Of a DNA stretch of 64,000 nt, positions 49,939 through 59,857 are shown piece by piece; the stretch's first letter is position 1; each line of letters begins with the position of its first letter. The notes under the pieces are model-generated. The model saw only the letters and a list, made by a program, of their open reading frames with translations, was not told the origin of the DNA and made no database searches. Source of the DNA: a virus; IMG/VR virus record IMGVR_UViG_3300031949_000005, positions 64,001-128,000 of that record. One strand, written 5' to 3'. The position numbers and the translations under genes are program-made.

Positions 49939-51861
49939 ATGGGCAGATATTTATTAGAAAATAGTTTTATAGATGGTTATCGCCTAGAAGATGATGGTGG
50001 GGTTCTGCTTCTTGAATCATTTTCTATTAATGATTCTATAACTTTATTTACATTTAGTTCGGCGATAGAAACCGATAATATAGAATTATTTATTAATGGG
50101 AAGGATTCACAAAATAATGATTGTGATCTTTTCATTGATGGTAAAGATTCATTAAACGAAAATTTCAATTTAATAATAATCGGTAATGATAATTTTAATA
50201 ATAATGCTGATTTATTAATAAAAGGTCTGGATAATCAAACAGATAATATTGATTTATTTGTACATGGAAAAAATTCAGAAAATAATAATATTAATTTATT
50301 TATAAATGGCCAGATATTTTTCACCAATAATATAAATCTATTTATTTCTGGAATTGTGGGCACAACGACAATTACGGATAATATAGATTTATTTATCAAT
50401 GGTCATAATAGTTTTAATAATAATATAGATTTATTTATAGGTGGTAAAGATAATAAAAATGATAATATATCATTATTCATCAATGGTTCTGATGCTGCAA
50501 ATGACAATATTACACTTTATATAAATGGGCGTGAAACAGATAATGAGAGTATAGTTTTATTTATAAATGGGTTTGATACTGAATCGGATTCAATAACACT
50601 TGTAATATTATCGTCGAACGAAGCAACTGATAATATTGAATTATTTATATATGGAAACGAAGAATTTAATACTTCGTTAGATCTTTTTATACATGGACTA
50701 AATTCAGACAATAATCAAATCAATTTATTTATAAATGGACATGTTTCCAATACACAAAATATAGATTTATTTATAAATGGACACGAGGAACAGAATAACA
50801 ATATAACTCTATTTATTGCTGATGTAAATATATTATCTGATTCTATTGATTTGTTTATAAGCGGACCAATAATTTTTAATAATAATTGTATTTTATTTAT
50901 CCATGGATTTAATGAAAATAATAATGATTGCAATTTAATAATTAATGGACATGAATCAAATAATGATAATATTAATTTATTCATTGCTGGTCTGGATTCG
51001 CAGAATAATAACATAAATCTTTTTATATCTGGTTCTGTTATAACAAATACCCAGTCCGAACAAATAGATTTAATTATATTTGGTAAAAATACGAATAATC
51101 AATCCGTCGATTTAATTATTCTTGGCTCTGATACAAATTCTAATAATATAGATTTATTTATAGAGGGGTCCAATTTTATTGATAATAATCTATCACTTTT
51201 TATCTCTGGGCCGATTTCTGTAAATAATAATATTGATTTATTTGTGTCTGGTATTACGAGTATAATACCCTCAACTTCTGGAAATATTTTATTAATAATC
51301 AATGGTATACAACCAATCGCCCCGGTGGTCTGCCCCGTATTAGATCCAAATTCTGCTATTCAAATAGGCGATGATCTTATAAATATATACCAATCTAGAA
51401 TAGATGCATTAATAGATCAGCTTGGTAAACATGTTTTGATAAATTTTGATCCTATTAAAGAAATATGCCCGAATTGTCTTTTTGATACTTTTGGCGGAAG
51501 ATCTATAGGTACATATAAAATTGGGGGACCGACGCCATTCCCAAGAGGTCAAAAGTGCCCATATTGTAAGGGACACGGATTCTTAATAACAGAAAGACAA
51601 AAGTGTATAAAAACATTGATAAAATGGAATCCAAAAGATGCTGCTAATTACGGAATATCTGTTAGGAAACATAGAGATATCGTGAGATTCAAAACATTTG
51701 CAACAGAGTTTGATGATTTAGTAAGAGCAAGATCGGCAATATCTAACTCGGCTATTTCCGATATTATAAAATTAAAGGTAAGGTTAATTAGGAGTCCGAT
51801 ATTGGTTGGCTTGAGAGAATCTCGATATTGCATAAGTTTTTGGGAATTGATTGATGATTAA
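49939..51861 (+). CDS. 14-aa-repeat virion protein with C-terminal CxxC domain (paralogue B)
   Basis: About 30 NxIxLFIxG repeats; CPNC...CPYCKG; ends SFWELI like paralogue A. Confidence 0.65.
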   Translation: MGRYLLENSFIDGYRLEDDGGVLLLESFSINDSITLFTFSSAIETDNIELFINGKDSQNNDCDLFIDGKDSLNENFNLIIIGNDNFNNNADLLIKGLDNQTDNIDLFVHGKNSENNNINLFINGQIFFTNNINLFISGIVGTTTITDNIDLFINGHNSFNNNIDLFIGGKDNKNDNISLFINGSDAANDNITLYINGRETDNESIVLFINGFDTESDSITLVILSSNEATDNIELFIYGNEEFNTSLDLFIHGLNSDNNQINLFINGHVSNTQNIDLFINGHEEQNNNITLFIADVNILSDSIDLFISGPIIFNNNCILFIHGFNENNNDCNLIINGHESNNDNINLFIAGLDSQNNNINLFISGSVITNTQSEQIDLIIFGKNTNNQSVDLIILGSDTNSNNIDLFIEGSNFIDNNLSLFISGPISVNNNIDLFVSGITSIIPSTSGNILLIINGIQPIAPVVCPVLDPNSAIQIGDDLINIYQSRIDALIDQLGKHVLINFDPIKEICPNCLFDTFGGRSIGTYKIGGPTPFPRGQKCPYCKGHGFLITERQKCIKTLIKWNPKDAANYGISVRKHRDIVRFKTFATEFDDLVRARSAISNSAISDIIKLKVRLIRSPILVGLRESRYCISFWELIDD

Positions 51862-51876
51862 TAGAAGATATATAAT

Positions 51877-52569
51877 ATGGCTAAAATAACATTAATACCA
51901 ACTCCGCAATTTAATCAACAACTAAGTATTGGTGTAAGATCCGATATCAAGAATAGAATTATTGGTCGTGCTTTATTAAAAGGTAATACAATAGTATCTT
52001 CTGTTGGAAACATGTTGGCTGATTTATTAGACAATAATGATGTTATTAAATCATTAAGAGGCAACGGAAGTGTTGATTTGGCGGCACATTTTGGTTTAAC
52101 AGATAGTCAATCAAATGGATTAGCAGATGGAATGATATCGTTGGTTAGAAAATCTGTTAAATTTATTTTCAATAATCAATCAGATATTATTATAGGTATT
52201 AGGGCTGTTCCTAGTGATTTTACTGAATTTTTATCATTACCAGGAGCAGAATATGTTTCTAAATCTTCTAATATTGTTATTCCTGTATTAAGATGGTTAT
52301 TGATAGATCCAGATATTGATATTGGTGCTGCTGCATTCGATATTGTTTTTTCTGGAGATTTTTCTGGTAAATTTGATACAACTATTAATAAGGTTTCACG
52401 AAGCGGAAGAGCCGTTATGATAGAATTACAAAAATTGGGAAAAAATACTGGTTATATTTTACCGGATATTATTAGGGGGAATTTTGGTGAAAATTTCATT
52501 GAATTCGCCCTGGGTCAAGAACAAGTTAGATTAAATGCTGCTAATATATTAATGGAGAATATACGATAA
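51877..52569 (+). CDS. putative neck / tail completion protein
   Basis: Position; PVLRWLL, SRSGRAVM. Confidence 0.45.
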   Translation: MAKITLIPTPQFNQQLSIGVRSDIKNRIIGRALLKGNTIVSSVGNMLADLLDNNDVIKSLRGNGSVDLAAHFGLTDSQSNGLADGMISLVRKSVKFIFNNQSDIIIGIRAVPSDFTEFLSLPGAEYVSKSSNIVIPVLRWLLIDPDIDIGAAAFDIVFSGDFSGKFDTTINKVSRSGRAVMIELQKLGKNTGYILPDIIRGNFGENFIEFALGQEQVRLNAANILMENIR

Positions 52570-53507
52570 TGAGTTTTGATTTTAGGGGTATAGCGAGTGG
52601 TGGATTTGGAGGCTATGAACTCACAGATCAATTATTATATAATTTGAAATTTTTCTTGGAATGGGGATTATTGAATAATGGTGCATATACTAGCTATCAA
52701 TTTAATTCTTCTAGTTTTTATGATTTAGACGAAGCTAAATTGCATTCGGTAATAGATGAAAGATATCCTGATGGTCAAGTATGGGAAGGTATAGGTCCAG
52801 AATGGGTTTGGGAAACTGGTGTAACACCACCATCTGGGGGTACTGCCCCATTTAGGGTATCCGGCGTATATATTAATAATATTTTTTATGGTCAATCTTC
52901 TTCTATTTCTGGTATATTTGGTCATCATATAGATTATCCAAATGCCAGAATAATATTTGATAATCCACAGAGCATTACCGATGATATAAGGGCTGAATTT
53001 ACCACCAAAATGGTTAAAGTAGGACTAGCTGATTCTTTAGAATTTAGACAATTATTATTAGATGCTGTAGAAGAATTTCTAACCGATACCGTTCCATCTG
53101 GTACACCAGTCAGAGATCATCAGGCATGGCTACCAGCTATTTTTATTGATGTCGATTCTGGTAGACAAACCGGGTTACAATTAGGTGGAGGACAGATAAA
53201 AACAAGAATTATTAGTTTCCATATATTCGCAGATAATGCTTATCAAAGAAATTTATTAATGGACTGGTTAGATTATCAAAGTAGGACTGTATTTTGGATG
53301 GCGGATTTAAATGCTATACCATTTCCGTTCGATCAATATGGGGATATAATCACTGGAACTACTAATTGGTTGGATTTAACAAATAATTTTCCATGGAAAA
53401 AATTAAGGGTTTTAGATGGTAAGATACAAAAAATTAATTCTTTAAATACACGTATTTTTAGAGCTAAGGTAATTTGGCAATTAGAAGTGGACTTTGGAAA
53501 TATATAG
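52569..53507 (+). CDS. putative tail terminator protein
   Basis: LPAIFID, GLQLGGG, FHIFA....RN; upstream of the tail tube. Confidence 0.5.
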   Translation: MSFDFRGIASGGFGGYELTDQLLYNLKFFLEWGLLNNGAYTSYQFNSSSFYDLDEAKLHSVIDERYPDGQVWEGIGPEWVWETGVTPPSGGTAPFRVSGVYINNIFYGQSSSISGIFGHHIDYPNARIIFDNPQSITDDIRAEFTTKMVKVGLADSLEFRQLLLDAVEEFLTDTVPSGTPVRDHQAWLPAIFIDVDSGRQTGLQLGGGQIKTRIISFHIFADNAYQRNLLMDWLDYQSRTVFWMADLNAIPFPFDQYGDIITGTTNWLDLTNNFPWKKLRVLDGKIQKINSLNTRIFRAKVIWQLEVDFGNI

Positions 53508-53541
53508 CTTGAGTTGCATAAAATTTGGTGTATAATATAAT

Positions 53542-54387
53542 ATGAATAAATTAAGATCAGATACATGGCAACCCAATGAAGAAATAGCCTCTTCTATTAT
53601 AGAAAAATATAATAATGGAAAATCAGCATTAGCCCTATGTCATCAATATGGTGTGGCCGATGTGACTATTACCAAATTTTTAAAAAGAAACAATATTAAA
53701 ATACGAAATGCTAGTAATGCCCGAAGAACGAATCAAATTAATGAAAATATTTTTGATGATATTAATGAAGAAAGTGCCTACTGGATAGGTTTTATTCTAT
53801 CTGATGGGAATATTTATTATCCCCAAAAGAGATCAAAACAATTAAATTTCGGCTTAAAAAAATCTGATTGGGAACATCTGGAAAAATTCAAGAAATTTAT
53901 TGGATCTAATAAACAATTATATTATAATAATAATGCTGTATTTTTAAGTATTTATTCAAATAAAATAGTGGATAAATTAGAAGAATTTAATATAACTCCT
54001 AGAAAAAGTAAAACAGCAAAAATTCCAGTATGTTTGAAAAATAATAGGCATTTTTGGAGAGGTATGGTCGATGGGGATGGATGGGTATCATGGGGAAATA
54101 ATAGTAATCCTACAATAGGAATATGTGGAACATTCGATATAATAAATAATTTTCGAAAATTTGTAAATAAAGATAATAAAATAATTAAAGAAACAGAATC
54201 TGGTTGTTACTCTATTGTTTTTGCGTGTGCTACTTCTGTGCCAATATGTAAAAGACTATATGATCATTCGACCATATATTTAGATAGGAAATTATCTATG
54301 GCGAAACTAATTTGTAACCATTATAATTTGTGTATAAATGATAGTATGATAGCGATAAAAGAAAAGGGTGATATAAATGGCAAGTAA
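53542..54387 (+). CDS. free-standing LAGLIDADG homing endonuclease with N-terminal HTH
   Basis: YWIGFILSDG and FWRGMVDGDG; LDRK. Confidence 0.85.
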   Translation: MNKLRSDTWQPNEEIASSIIEKYNNGKSALALCHQYGVADVTITKFLKRNNIKIRNASNARRTNQINENIFDDINEESAYWIGFILSDGNIYYPQKRSKQLNFGLKKSDWEHLEKFKKFIGSNKQLYYNNNAVFLSIYSNKIVDKLEEFNITPRKSKTAKIPVCLKNNRHFWRGMVDGDGWVSWGNNSNPTIGICGTFDIINNFRKFVNKDNKIIKETESGCYSIVFACATSVPICKRLYDHSTIYLDRKLSMAKLICNHYNLCINDSMIAIKEKGDINGK

Positions 54388-55426
54388 TTCCCGCATATTC
54401 TACGCTGGGCAGGCAGTTGGATTTGCGCCACATGGTATTTCGGCATCTGGTGGAGATCCTTCTGGCTTTTTTACAGTCCATGGTGTCCAAAGCGTTGGTT
54501 TAACAACTACATTTAATCTTGAACAAGTATTCGAATTAGGTCAATTAGAATTATATGAAAATATTGAGGGTATTCCAGATATCGAGGTAACGGTACAGAA
54601 AGTTCTCGACGGCTACCCCCTACTTTATCATCTTGCCACACAGGATGCTGTTTCTTCAACTCTTGTCGGTAGATCTAATAGTAGATCTTTCATAGCACTA
54701 AACATTTATCCTGATACAAATGAGGCTGCATCTGGTATACCAGTACAAACAGTTGGTATGTCTGGTATGTTCGTATCTTCACTTACATATACATTGAATG
54801 TTGATGGTAATTCTACCGAAGATGTTACATTAGTAGGTAATAATAAAGAATGGACAGCATCTGGTGTATATTTCGTCCCAGTTGGCTTAGATGGAACAGA
54901 TGAACCTTTATCATTAGCATCTTCTGGTGGAGTTCAACGCAGAGAAGATGTCATTATGGGAACTGGTTTAACTGGCACAGTAAGTCTATGGCCAACAGAA
55001 ATTCCAGGTATAGACGCTAGTGGATTTAATGTACAATCTGGTGATAGTTTCTTAGCACATATTCAAACCGCTACAATAAGTACAGATCTTGGTAGAGAAG
55101 ATTTATTTGAACTTGGTCGTAGGGGACCATATCATAGATTTGCTTCATTCCCCGTAGAAGTCACATGTGCTATTGAAGTAACATCTAGCGAGGGCGATCT
55201 TATTGATGCATTAGCCGATCCTCCTGGCGGAACTAATCTCGCGGATCAAACAATAGACGTAATAATGAGAGAAGGATCGAGATTCAATCTTGGGACGAAG
55301 AATAAATTGTCAAGTGTTACTTATGGTGGTGGGGATGCTACTGGCGGAAATGTTTCGACAGTTTTCAACTATTCGAATTTCAACAGTTTAAACATTACAC
55401 ACCCAGAGGATCCTGCTGGACTTTAA
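54377..55426 (+). CDS. major tail (tube) protein
   Basis: GVQSVG.TT.FNLEQVFELGQ, REDLFELG; followed by a terminator. Confidence 0.65.
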   Translation: MASNSRIFYAGQAVGFAPHGISASGGDPSGFFTVHGVQSVGLTTTFNLEQVFELGQLELYENIEGIPDIEVTVQKVLDGYPLLYHLATQDAVSSTLVGRSNSRSFIALNIYPDTNEAASGIPVQTVGMSGMFVSSLTYTLNVDGNSTEDVTLVGNNKEWTASGVYFVPVGLDGTDEPLSLASSGGVQRREDVIMGTGLTGTVSLWPTEIPGIDASGFNVQSGDSFLAHIQTATISTDLGREDLFELGRRGPYHRFASFPVEVTCAIEVTSSEGDLIDALADPPGGTNLADQTIDVIMREGSRFNLGTKNKLSSVTYGGGDATGGNVSTVFNYSNFNSLNITHPEDPAGL

Positions 55427-55450
55427 ATAGTACAACAATAGTATAAAGAA

Positions 55451-55480
55451 TAGGGGCCGGTTATCCGGCCTCTATTTTTT
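55451..55480 (+). terminator. intrinsic terminator
   Basis: TAGGGGCCGG-TTAT-CCGGCCTCTA-TTTTTT. Confidence 0.8.
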
Positions 55481-55545
55481 TAAAAATAATCATCTTTTTC
55501 CTAATCAAATTAAAAAAGAAAATACTTCATGTGATATGATATAAT

Positions 55546-56101
55546 ATGAGCATAAGAATAAGGACTGTTGACGGAATTAAAGTAGCTCTTTGCGGCTACG
55601 AAACTGATCCTAAAGAAGGAGATATTTATTTAGATGATGGTCAACATTATGCTTTAGCTGCGAAGTTTGCTAGAGATTGGCAAGGATCAACAATCAATTG
55701 GTCTTATCCAAAGGAATGGGAAGCTATGGATATACAAAAATTAAGAGATGCGGGTAAGCGTAATGATATTTAAAAAATTTATACATTGGATCAAAGAAAA
55801 ACATCGTTTTAAACAATTCGAAAATGAGCATGGTTTTCATCCATATGAAATCTGGAATCTTAATACCGCTATAGCTAAGTATATTTTACCAAGATTAAAA
55901 GCATTTAAGAAAACATATAGTGGATATCCGCTTGGATTAACAGAAGAAAAATGGGATGATATGATTGATGATATGATTTTTGCTTTTGAATATGAGGTAA
56001 ATCAATGGGATTTAGAAGAACCTTTTAATAAAAAAGAATTAAAACGAATAGAAAAAGGATTTAAATATTTCGGTAAATATTTTTTGAGTTTATGGTATTA
56101 A
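55546..56101 (+). CDS. two conserved hypothetical phage proteins (55546..55773, 55748..56101)
   Basis: ORF track; WNL...ILPRLKAFK...FGKYFLSLW pattern. Confidence 0.6.
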
Positions 56102-56106
56102 GAAAC

Positions 56107-56446
56107 GGGGGCGAAAGGTATCGACCGGGTAATATGAAAAAAGTATTGCGTACCGAGGTTGCTAGTTGGCCTCGTAAAACAACTGGCAAAAGCCTAAACG
56201 GCAATCGTAGTTTTGCTTTAGCTGCTTAGGCAGCACATCAATCAGATGATGTCTATTAGTTTGATTGGTGAAAATAATAGGCTGATCCGATAATAATATC
56301 CTAATATTATTGGATAAGAGAAAATAGGATTGCTGTTTAATAAGCCTGTTGATTGGCGTGTTAAATTTAAGATAAATAATCAACTATGTACGTAGAAATA
56401 TTTTTGGATATACTTCGGGACGGGAGTTCGATTCTCCCCGCCTCCA
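56107..56446 (+). ncRNA. ssrA: tmRNA, tag (A)GNRSFALAA
   Basis: GGGGGCG/CGCCTCCA acceptor with G3:U; PK1 (CGAGG/CCTCG, GCTAGTTG/CAACTGGC); tag ORF 56200-56229; T-loop GTTCGATTC. Confidence 0.93.
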
Positions 56447-56487
56447 TTTTAAATAATTTAAATAAAAATAAATGTTAATGATATATT

Positions 56488-56949
56488 ATGACAAAGGAGA
56501 TAGATATGAATTATCATTTTTATGATGGAATAATTAATCCCCCTGAAGAAAAATATTGTGAAATATGTTGTAAAAATATTTGTAATGATGGTTTTATATA
56601 CTGTTCATCTTGTTTAAATAGCCATATTAATCCCGAATATTTGAATTTTAAAATAAGACACAGGATTTTTGATTTTATTGAGGATATATGTACATGTTGT
56701 GGAGAACAAAATAGAAGATTTCTGAATATCGTTGCAAAAGAAGGAAGATATGTGAATTGTCCATTTATAATATCTCTTTATGGGGATCAATGTATACAAT
56801 TTATTAATTGGTTTATTAATAATAGAAATATTAAAGACGATTTTTCTTGTTTATGTTTTAATTGTATAAATGGAAAATTCTATAACGAAGGTATTTGTCC
56901 ACACAAAACTTTCCCAAAACCAAATCCTATAAAATATATGAAAGGATAA
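56488..56949 (+). CDS. Cys-rich, possibly degenerate HNH-like protein
   Basis: CTCCGE...FL..., LCFNC...GICPH pattern, lacking the usual DH. Confidence 0.45.
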   Translation: MTKEIDMNYHFYDGIINPPEEKYCEICCKNICNDGFIYCSSCLNSHINPEYLNFKIRHRIFDFIEDICTCCGEQNRRFLNIVAKEGRYVNCPFIISLYGDQCIQFINWFINNRNIKDDFSCLCFNCINGKFYNEGICPHKTFPKPNPIKYMKG

Positions 56950-56950
56950 T

Positions 56951-57410
56951 ATGATAAAAAGATTATTTTCTTTATTCATTGTTTTATTTTTAATTACACC
57001 ATGTTATGGTGAATCTCTTAGGGGTCCATCTAAACATAAGATTGACACTACTGTAGTTTATATTAAAAAAATAAATGATCAACAAGTTATAATAGATGTT
57101 GTTGAGGTTAAGAGAAATAAAATTGCTGATGCTAATCCTAATAATAGGAATAATAATGTAAAAAGAAATCATAGTAAAAGAATTATATATGTTCGCCGAT
57201 AAAACTGAGGAATTTGAATTTATATTTTCTAATAACGATGGATTTGAATTAAAAATTAATAATATTTATCCACCGAATATTGAAGTTATGTTTATTTATC
57301 CTTTTGACAATATGTCGCCTTCTGGGGAATATATTGATTTAGAAAATGAAAATTTGGATTCAAAATATCGAAGAAAACTTGATGATAATTTAAGAAATAT
57401 ATTCGGATAA
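56951..57410 (+). CDS. two small hypothetical proteins (first with signal peptide)
   Basis: ORF track. Confidence 0.5.
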
Positions 57411-57414
57411 TCTT

Positions 57415-57942
57415 ATGAAAATAGATGTTCTTATAAGCGGCGAAGAACTTGATTACATAATAACGTCAATAGCTCTTTCTATATGTGATAAATATCCGCA
57501 AGATACTCATATTATAACTATGCCAATAATGGACGGATCTATGTTTTTTGCACCAAATCTACTGATGAAACTAAGTAATTTTGGTTTTACATTTCAAATT
57601 TCTCCTATTAAAATTAGTAGTTATTTCGGCATGACCAAATCTAATGATATGAAGATTGATTGTGTTCTTGATCCGTCGTTGATTAAAAATTCTATCGTTA
57701 TGATTATAGACGATATAGCCGATAGTGGGGTTACATTAAATACTATTAAAAATTTAATAAATTCTTTTGATCCTCAAGAAGTGATAGTGGTAACGTTATT
57801 GAGAAAATATGGTTGTAAATTTCCGGTAGATTTCTATGGTCGTAATATAGATGATGATTTGTTTGTGGTAGGATATGGTCTTGATTATAATGGTTTATAT
57901 CGTGAATTACCGTTTGTTGGAATTATTAAAGGAGAAGAGTAA
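57415..57942 (+). CDS. hpt: hypoxanthine phosphoribosyltransferase
   Basis: PRPP loop IIDDIADSGVTL; SSY; FVVGYGLDYNGLYRELP. Confidence 0.88.
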   Translation: MKIDVLISGEELDYIITSIALSICDKYPQDTHIITMPIMDGSMFFAPNLLMKLSNFGFTFQISPIKISSYFGMTKSNDMKIDCVLDPSLIKNSIVMIIDDIADSGVTLNTIKNLINSFDPQEVIVVTLLRKYGCKFPVDFYGRNIDDDLFVVGYGLDYNGLYRELPFVGIIKGEE

Positions 57943-58469
57943 TGAAGAAAAGTCTTTTGGTTTTATGTTCTTGTTTGTGTTGCTGTGTTCCAAAACATAT
58001 TTCTGGAATGATCATTGATGATCGTGGGAATGGTTTATCTAATATCGAAGTAGTAGCTAAGTCTGATGATAAACAAGTTTCTAAGACCACAGATAATAAT
58101 GGTAAATATATCGTATCCGTTCCCCCTGGTTTTACCGGAATAGTTCAACCTATTATAGCTGCTATTTTAGCGCAAGTTAATCCATCTTTTAGGAGTTATA
58201 CTAATCTACAATCAGATCAAACTAATCAAAATTTTATAGCTAGTCAATTATCAGTAATCGTTTCTGGAAAAATATGTATCGGAGATGGTTCTCCAGTTGG
58301 TGGCGTAACCGTTATCGCAGATGGCAATGCGGATGGTTCTGCTTTTACAACACAAACTATTACAGATACTAATGGTAATTATTCATTAGTAGTTCCATGG
58401 GGATTTACTGGAACGACCACACCAAACAAGCCAGGATATTCATTCCAGGCTGGAAATGCTTGTCCATAA
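57942..58469 (+). CDS. lipoprotein with two carboxypeptidase-regulatory-like beta-sandwich repeats
   Basis: Cys-rich signal peptide; ISG.I....G....V...TD.NG.Y...VP.GFTG twice. Confidence 0.65.
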   Translation: MKKSLLVLCSCLCCCVPKHISGMIIDDRGNGLSNIEVVAKSDDKQVSKTTDNNGKYIVSVPPGFTGIVQPIIAAILAQVNPSFRSYTNLQSDQTNQNFIASQLSVIVSGKICIGDGSPVGGVTVIADGNADGSAFTTQTITDTNGNYSLVVPWGFTGTTTPNKPGYSFQAGNACP

Positions 58470-59036
58470 ATGATTATCTTACTTTTTTCTATAATATTTT
58501 CAATATCACAAAGTTGTATCAATGATTCTGATTGTATAGATTCTAGGTTTTGTAATGGATTAGAGACATGCCAGGGAGGGCTTTGTGTTGGTGGTTTATA
58601 TAAATGTCCAGGATTGGGATGTAACGAAAGTTTAAAAGTTTGTGCCAAGGCGCAAAGAAATAATAATTTATCATTTTGGCATTTCACAATAGATCCAATA
58701 TATGAATTTCAATTATTTATTGATACCGATAATAATTTATCTAATAACTATGAAGGCTATGAAATTATTTTTCGTGGCGTATTTAATGATTTTGGATACA
58801 TAAGAAAAGCTTATCCAGGAAATATTAATAATCCTGGGGGGTGGGGATCTATTGTTACTATGGGATTGTCTATGAGAACCGGAAATGATATGAGATTTTT
58901 CATACCAATTAATTATGGTAATTATAGATGGAAATTGGAAACATATAATAATGGTACAATTCAAACAACCACAACTGGAACAGGATTATCTTTTAACTCA
59001 TTATTGACTACAAGATTTGATTTTTTTGGAAATTAA
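58470..59036 (+). CDS. secreted protein with Cys-rich repeat
   Basis: CINDSDCIDSRFCNGLETCQGGLC. Confidence 0.6.
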   Translation: MIILLFSIIFSISQSCINDSDCIDSRFCNGLETCQGGLCVGGLYKCPGLGCNESLKVCAKAQRNNNLSFWHFTIDPIYEFQLFIDTDNNLSNNYEGYEIIFRGVFNDFGYIRKAYPGNINNPGGWGSIVTMGLSMRTGNDMRFFIPINYGNYRWKLETYNNGTIQTTTTGTGLSFNSLLTTRFDFFGN

Positions 59037-59039
59037 TTT

Positions 59040-59857
59040 ATGGCAAAATTTTATTGTCAATCTGGTCAATTTAAAGAAATTCTGACAGCAAATGATATAG
59101 AAGATGTCATTCTTAAAGCTGTTAAAAAAATTGTTAAAAATAATATTCCATATAATTTTGTTATGAGTATTAGCGAAACTGGTTTTTCTTTAAGTGGATC
59201 ATTATTAGTTTCAATAGTTCCGATATTAAGAGATATGAATATTGAGCTACCATCTGACGACGTGATTATTATGCAAACTTGTATAACATTAAATTTTAAT
59301 CCAGAAACTTTAACAAAACAAGGTAGGGACTGGATTTTGAATGGTGGAGATTTGGAATAATATATGCCGTATATTAAACAAGACAAAAGATTGCTATTTG
59401 ATTCATTTATAAAGGAATTAACATTACAACTTCTTGAAATACATAGATTTATAGATAGTAGACAATTGGGAGGAAATTTAAATTACATAATTAGTAAAAT
59501 TATTTTTGGTTTATGTGATAAAAATAAAGGCTGTGAATTATCTTATGTCTTAATTAATGATATAATTGGAGCATTAGAAAATTGTAAACTCGAATTTACT
59601 AGGCGCATAACAATACCATACGAAGATACAAAAATTAAAGATAATGGTGATATAATATAAGTGTATAATATATGGAAATGAAAAAGAATAAGTTAGACCT
59701 AGAAATAATATCTTCTATATCGAGCCCAAATGTTTGGACTCCAGAAAAAGAAGATGAATGGTTAAAGCAACCAGCGAGAGAGTTGGTTAAGAGATTTCCT
59801 CCTATGAATAAACCATTACACATATCATTTGTCGCCAAGAAAAAGTCTTGGTTATAA
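59040..59857 (+). CDS. three hypothetical proteins (59040..59360, 59364..59660, 59672..59857)
   Basis: ORF track; 59364 has a conserved phage pattern MPYIKQ..GxLNY..KLEF.RR..PYED.KI..NGD. Confidence 0.6.
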
